Part shown: piece by piece, positions 59,433 through 64,000 of the stretch
How the letters are laid out: each line of letters opens with the position of its first letter
Position numbering within the stretch: the first letter of the stretch is position 1
Assembly: GCA_965227515.1 (NCBI GenBank)
Contig: CBDDFZ010000001.1
Span: 3,328,001 to 3,392,000, forward strand
Direction: 5' to 3'
DNA from: Alphaproteobacteria bacterium
GTDB taxonomy: Bacteria; Pseudomonadota; Alphaproteobacteria; CALKHQ01
DNA: 64,000 nt
Notes under the pieces: model-generated
Seen by the model: only the letters and a program-made list of their open reading frames with translations
Told to the model about the DNA's origin: nothing
Database searches by the model: none
Made by a program: the position numbers and the translations under genes

Positions 59433-60826
59433 CACAGATACGCCGCCAGGTCGATTTGATCGGCATCGGCCCCGAATGGATAACCGGTCAACTGGTCCGC
59501 GCCGGCCTCCGCCGGCAATGTCGCGTCGATCATCACCTTGGTGCCCATACGGTACATGGCACTCTTGCCCGGCTCGATGGGCGACGCGTTGTCGAGCGTG
59601 AAGGTCCGTGCGGCGTTGACCTTCTGGATGTCGGTCGCCGCGTCGACCCGGTTGGCCAGCGACCAGAACACTTGGCGCGGGTCCGACGCATCGATATCCA
59701 TGTCCACCGCCACCGCGATCTTGGGATGGAGATAGGGGCTGGAGAGTGCTGCCGTCAGCGCGGTCATCGCCTGCCCCGCCATCTGGGGCCGGAGCTTGAT
59801 GACCACCATCATCGGCGACATCGTGGCGAGGCAACGCACGTCGCCGAGGTCCAGGCCGCCGCACACATCCTGCAGATGGCGCCACAGCCGCATCTCGATG
59901 GTGGCGCAGATGATGGAATGGGTGTCGCTGGGCGGCAGGCCGCACTGCATGGCGTAGAAAATCGGGTCGGCGCGCCGGGTCACCGCCTTCACCCGGAACA
60001 ACGGTGTCGAGCCCTCCTGGGCATAGGTCCCGGTCACCTCGCCGAACGGTCCCTCCGGCGTGCGCTCGCCAGGGTGCAACTCGCCCTCCAGCACCAGTTC
60101 GGCCTCCGCCGGCACTTCCATGTCGATGGTCTCGCAGCGGACCATGCGGATCGGGTCGTCCAGCAGGCCGCCGGCAATGTAGAGCTCGTCCTGGCCGTAG
60201 GGTGCGACGTAGCCGGCCGCGAACATGATCAGCGGGTTGCCGCCGATCACCATCGCCGCTTCCATCGGCCGGCTCAATTCCTCGTAACGCTGATAGATCT
60301 TCAGCGCCTGGCGCGGGCAGATCAAATAGCCTGTGGTGTCCTGCGAGACGATCTGGGCGCGATGGACCGACATATTGCGGATCCCGGTGTCCGGGTCCTT
60401 GATGATGCACATGCCGGACGCGATGTAGCGGCCCGGATCGCGCGACGAAGTCCACATTGCCGGGATCTGCGTCAGGTCGACCTCGTCCCCGATCTGGATG
60501 ACCTGCTTGACCGGCGCGTCGCTTGGTTCGACATCGACGGGCGGCAGCGGGTTGGCGATGCGGCGCTCCAGTGTCGCCACCACGTCGTCCTCCGGCACGC
60601 CCAGCGCCACGCCCCACTTGCGCCGGTTGGCGACGATCTGGCTGGCGACCCGCCAGTCGCGATGGCCTTTCACGTTCTCGAACAGGCAGCTTTGGCCGCG
60701 CTCCGCGAAGGTCTTCCAGCTCACCGCCGACAGGTTGTTGTCGGGGTCGATCTCGGCGCCGACGCGCGTCAACTCCCCCGCACGCTCCAGGGCGTCGAGA
60801 TGGCCGCGAAGAGACTGATCCGTCAT
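59432..60826 (-). CDS. UbiD-family prFMN-dependent (de)carboxylase
   Basis: RNMSVHR, VPAEAELVLEG, EGPFGE, VDMDID, IDAT. Confidence 0.93.
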   Translation of the reverse strand: MTDQSLRGHLDALERAGELTRVGAEIDPDNNLSAVSWKTFAERGQSCLFENVKGHRDWRVASQIVANRRKWGVALGVPEDDVVATLERRIANPLPPVDVEPSDAPVKQVIQIGDEVDLTQIPAMWTSSRDPGRYIASGMCIIKDPDTGIRNMSVHRAQIVSQDTTGYLICPRQALKIYQRYEELSRPMEAAMVIGGNPLIMFAAGYVAPYGQDELYIAGGLLDDPIRMVRCETIDMEVPAEAELVLEGELHPGERTPEGPFGEVTGTYAQEGSTPLFRVKAVTRRADPIFYAMQCGLPPSDTHSIICATIEMRLWRHLQDVCGGLDLGDVRCLATMSPMMVVIKLRPQMAGQAMTALTAALSSPYLHPKIAVAVDMDIDASDPRQVFWSLANRVDAATDIQKVNAARTFTLDNASPIEPGKSAMYRMGTKVMIDATLPAEAGADQLTGYPFGADADQIDLAAYL

Positions 60827-60836
60827 GACTGCTCGG

Positions 60837-61553
60837 TCATGCGGCGTACCTGCGGTCGATCACCCGTGCCAGCGCCGCATACCGGGCATCGAGCATGTGC
60901 GCCGGGCTGCCATCGTCGCTGGCGCATGCCGGGCACATGACGATACCGGTGCGCGGCGCGACCTCGGCATGCAACAGGTCGCCCATGGCGGCCGCCGGCG
61001 GCTGCCAGTTGGCGCTGGCCAGGCGGTAGGCGCGGGTAAGATCGCCGTTCGCCGTGGCAACGGTTGCGGCCGCCGCACGCCGATGAAACCGGCGCCGCCA
61101 GTCCCGGTGATGTTCGGTGCAGCAAGCAGGGTAGCCGAGCAGCGATGCCTCCAATTCAGGCGCCAATGCCGGCTCGTCGCCTATGAAAGGCGACAGATCG
61201 TCCTCATCGCGCGCAATCGCCAACAGCGTGGTGCGCGCACGGTGCTGGACCACGCAGTCGCGATACCAGTCCGGCACGCCAGCGAACTCTCCCTCGGTTG
61301 TCCAGGCAGTGACTACGGCTGTTTCGAGCCCTGCCTCGGCAACGCAGGACGAGACATCTGCCAGCATGCTGCTGGCCTCGGCGTAGCCAACCACGGCAAC
61401 CGGTTTCCAGCCGGCGGCGATCGCAAGGATGTCGAGGCACTCGCTGCCAAGGCCGCGCAGCGTTCGATGAATGCGCGCAAGTCCAGGCTCGGTGTCGATA
61501 CGATCGCCGGGGGCAAGATCGGGCACGGCGTTGTGATGCGGCAAGCTACTCAT
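60837..61553 (-). CDS. Hypothetical Cys-motif protein upstream of ubiD
   Basis: AGWKPV, LLGYPACC, CPAC; 10 bp from the UbiD start. Confidence 0.6.
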   Translation of the reverse strand: MSSLPHHNAVPDLAPGDRIDTEPGLARIHRTLRGLGSECLDILAIAAGWKPVAVVGYAEASSMLADVSSCVAEAGLETAVVTAWTTEGEFAGVPDWYRDCVVQHRARTTLLAIARDEDDLSPFIGDEPALAPELEASLLGYPACCTEHHRDWRRRFHRRAAAATVATANGDLTRAYRLASANWQPPAAAMGDLLHAEVAPRTGIVMCPACASDDGSPAHMLDARYAALARVIDRRYAA

Positions 61554-61740
61554 CGCACGCAGGATATCTGAGTCTAATCGCTTTAGGGAATAGCTTTGTT
61601 ACAAATCTTTCTCGGCGACACGGCGCCCTCCTGCCCCCGATGCTCCATTCCGATTCATGCAATTTTCGCTTTGCCATTTAGCTTTGCCACTTCGTCAAAT
61701 TCGCATCGCCTCACCCTTCGAAACCGGATAGACAGCAGGC

Positions 61741-63060
61741 ATGGCCCGCCTGAAACCGCTCAAGGGAGTCGACTTTTCCGCCGTCCGCCGGCTCGCGCAC
61801 AACCGCGACTTCGCAATCTATTCGTCAGGCAAGATTCTGGCCAACCTGGGCGAATGGGCCCAGCGGGTCACGATCGCCTGGCTGACATGGGAACTGACCC
61901 AGTCGGCATTCTGGCTCGGCATCATCGCCTTTGCAGACCTTTTTCCGACGGTGGTGATCGGCGCCATTGCCGGCGCGGTGGTCGACCGCACCGACTATAT
62001 GCGGCTGGTGCGCCTGGTGCAGGCAGTGGCCCTGGCGGTTTCGATTGCGCTGACCCTGTTCATGGCGTTCGAGGCCATGACCATCTATGTGCTGGCGCTC
62101 CTGACCCTGCTGCGCGGCACCGCGCAGGCGCTCTATCGCCCTGCCCGCATGGTGCTGGTCTATAATCTGGTCGACGATCGCGACCTCACGTCGGCCATCG
62201 CCATCAGTTCGATCATCTTCAACGCCGCGCGCTTCGTCGGCCCTGCGCTGGGTGGCGGGTTGATGGTCCTGGGCGGTCCGATCCTCGCGTTCGGGGTAGC
62301 GGCGATGACCTACGCGGTCTTCCTCGCCGCGCTCTACATGATGCGGCAGCGGCAGATGGCGCCGTCGCCCAAGTCCAAGCGCAACCTGCTCGGCGACGCC
62401 GCCGATGGCATTCGCCACGCCTTCACCAGCGAAGGCATTGCGCTTCTGTTGCTGGTGACCATCGCCATAGCGCTCGCCGTGCGGCCGTTCCTCGAGCTGT
62501 TACCGGCGTTCGCCGACCAGGTGTTTGCCCCGGATGACGGCGGCGGCGGCATCGGCAATCTGACGCTGCTGCTCACGGCCAATGGCCTCGGCGCCATGCT
62601 GGCGGGACTGTGGCTGGCGGGACGGCCCGGCGGCATCGTCGGCCTGACCCGGGTGGTGGTGTTCAACATCCTGCTGGTCGGCGTCACATCGGCCGGCTTC
62701 GCGCTGATGCCCTATCTGTGGCTGGCAATGCCGTTCCTGGTGGCGGTCGGCTTCTGCCTCGTGGTCCAGGGCGTTGCCGTCCAGACCCTGATCCAGGCGT
62801 CGGTGGATTCCGGCATGCGCGGGCGGGTTCTGGGGCTGTATGCGTTGCTGGCCCGGGGGTGCCCGGCGTTGGGCGCGCTTGCCATCGGGGCGCTGGCCGA
62901 ATGGCTGGGGCCGCGGGTGCCGGTGGTGGCCGGCGGTGCAATTGCCGTGGCGCTGTGGCTGCTTGTGCTGGGGCGCCGCGATGCCGTGGCCAAGGCAGTG
63001 GAGCGCAAGCCTTCCGAACGCGCCAAGCCGGTCAGCGAACACGGCGACGTGACCGAATAG
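61741..63060 (+). CDS. MFS transporter (MFS_3 type)
   Basis: W..WELTQSAFWLG, GAVVDR, FNAARFVGPALGG, MRGRV. Confidence 0.9.
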   Translation: MARLKPLKGVDFSAVRRLAHNRDFAIYSSGKILANLGEWAQRVTIAWLTWELTQSAFWLGIIAFADLFPTVVIGAIAGAVVDRTDYMRLVRLVQAVALAVSIALTLFMAFEAMTIYVLALLTLLRGTAQALYRPARMVLVYNLVDDRDLTSAIAISSIIFNAARFVGPALGGGLMVLGGPILAFGVAAMTYAVFLAALYMMRQRQMAPSPKSKRNLLGDAADGIRHAFTSEGIALLLLVTIAIALAVRPFLELLPAFADQVFAPDDGGGGIGNLTLLLTANGLGAMLAGLWLAGRPGGIVGLTRVVVFNILLVGVTSAGFALMPYLWLAMPFLVAVGFCLVVQGVAVQTLIQASVDSGMRGRVLGLYALLARGCPALGALAIGALAEWLGPRVPVVAGGAIAVALWLLVLGRRDAVAKAVERKPSERAKPVSEHGDVTE

Positions 63061-63181
63061 CCCCCGGTCTGGCCGCGCGCGGCTGTCTGTCGGGCCAATC
63101 CCCGCTTGACTCGCCGGTGGCGGCACGCGCCATAATAGATAAGTAAGTTAGCTTTGGATGAAACCTATGAAGGGGGACACG

Positions 63182-64000
63182 ATGGTGAGCCTGAAGACGA
63201 CCGGCCTGATGAGCGGCGTTGCCCTGCTCTGCCTTGCACCCGCGATGGCGTCGGCGCAAACCGCGTTCGAGCAGCTTGTCGAGCAGTCCAAAGCGGAAAT
63301 GGAAGCCCATGACGGCAAGCTGGTGATCGCCATGGACTGGACCGAAGGCGACGCCGAGGCAGCCCTGGCAGCTTTCGTCGAAGAGTTCGATTTCATCGAC
63401 GAGATCGAATACACCCGCGAAACCGGCGTCGGGCCGTTCGGCCGCTACCTGATCGAGATCGAGCAGGGTATCGCGCCGCCGTACGACATCATGCACGTGG
63501 CGAGCGAGTTCGAGGAACAGTACTGGGAGGACGGTGCGTTCGTGATGCCGCCGTTCGACTACAACGAGATCAACGCGTCGCTGCCGGACGACTGGCCGGA
63601 GATCAACGCCGCAGCGATGGACCCGGAAGGTCGGTTCCTGGCCACCACCGGCAACACCCGCGGCATCGCCTGGAACCCCGAGCTTATCAGCGGCGACGAC
63701 ATCCCGACAACGTGGGACGACTGCGCCGATCCGAAGTGGGCCGGCCAAGTGGTGATGGACGCCCGCAACAAGGGCCAGGCCCTGCAATATGACGCGCAGG
63801 AGCGTGAGCGGCATATCGCCTGGCTCCACACAATGCGTGAGAACGATACCGTTTTCGAGCGTGGCCAGGGCCGGATCTTGCAGGCTGTCGCCGCCGGTGA
63901 GTATGCGTTTGCCTGCCTGGTCAACTTCCACACCGCGACCCGGCTGATCGAGCGCGACGGTGTCGATACCTTGGTGTTCGGCCTTGCGGAATCTATTCCG
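63182..64000 (+). CDS. ABC solute-binding protein (3' truncated by window)
   Basis: Open frame from ATG 63182: MVSLKTTGLMSGVALLCLAPAMASAQ..IAWNPEL..IPTTWDDCADPKW. Confidence 0.8.
   Translation, partial: MVSLKTTGLMSGVALLCLAPAMASAQTAFEQLVEQSKAEMEAHDGKLVIAMDWTEGDAEAALAAFVEEFDFIDEIEYTRETGVGPFGRYLIEIEQGIAPPYDIMHVASEFEEQYWEDGAFVMPPFDYNEINASLPDDWPEINAAAMDPEGRFLATTGNTRGIAWNPELISGDDIPTTWDDCADPKWAGQVVMDARNKGQALQYDAQERERHIAWLHTMRENDTVFERGQGRILQAVAAGEYAFACLVNFHTATRLIERDGVDTLVFGLAESIP

Noticed and set aside
59433-60617. 827-aa ORF as a giant UbiD fusion
   Set aside because: The upstream part is an off-frame read-through of the first ubiD; the real start is ATG 59432.

Overview
High-GC alphaproteobacterial-type chromosomal window. 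It opens with the 3' end of gyrA, coaD and tRNA-Lys(UUU). A 12.67-kb element is integrated in that tRNA, bounded by an exact 49-bp direct repeat (1226-1274 / 13900-13948). The element looks like a phage satellite. It has a tyrosine integrase, AlpA, an Arc-type repressor, an SF4/AAA_25 helicase and a GGACA iteron cluster. It also has a coupled operon encoding TerS, a P22-like TerL split into ATPase and nuclease genes, scaffold-like and capsid-accessory-like proteins, and a 949-aa ejection-like protein. I recognise no major capsid, portal, tail or lysis gene. Both TerL halves end in a similar P-[LM]-P-[ST]-H-Y..RR tail. The rest of the window contains an Amt-HAMP-MCP fusion and a ~28-kb catabolic region tied together by a recurring IclR-type operator, which also precedes an orphan gcvPA/gcvPB pair. 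It also has a UbiD plus degenerate-UbiD operon, several ABC/MFS transporters, and at least six REP/MITE-like palindrome families, one abutting a DUF559 nuclease gene. Family calls come from motif recognition by eye; no database searches were run.
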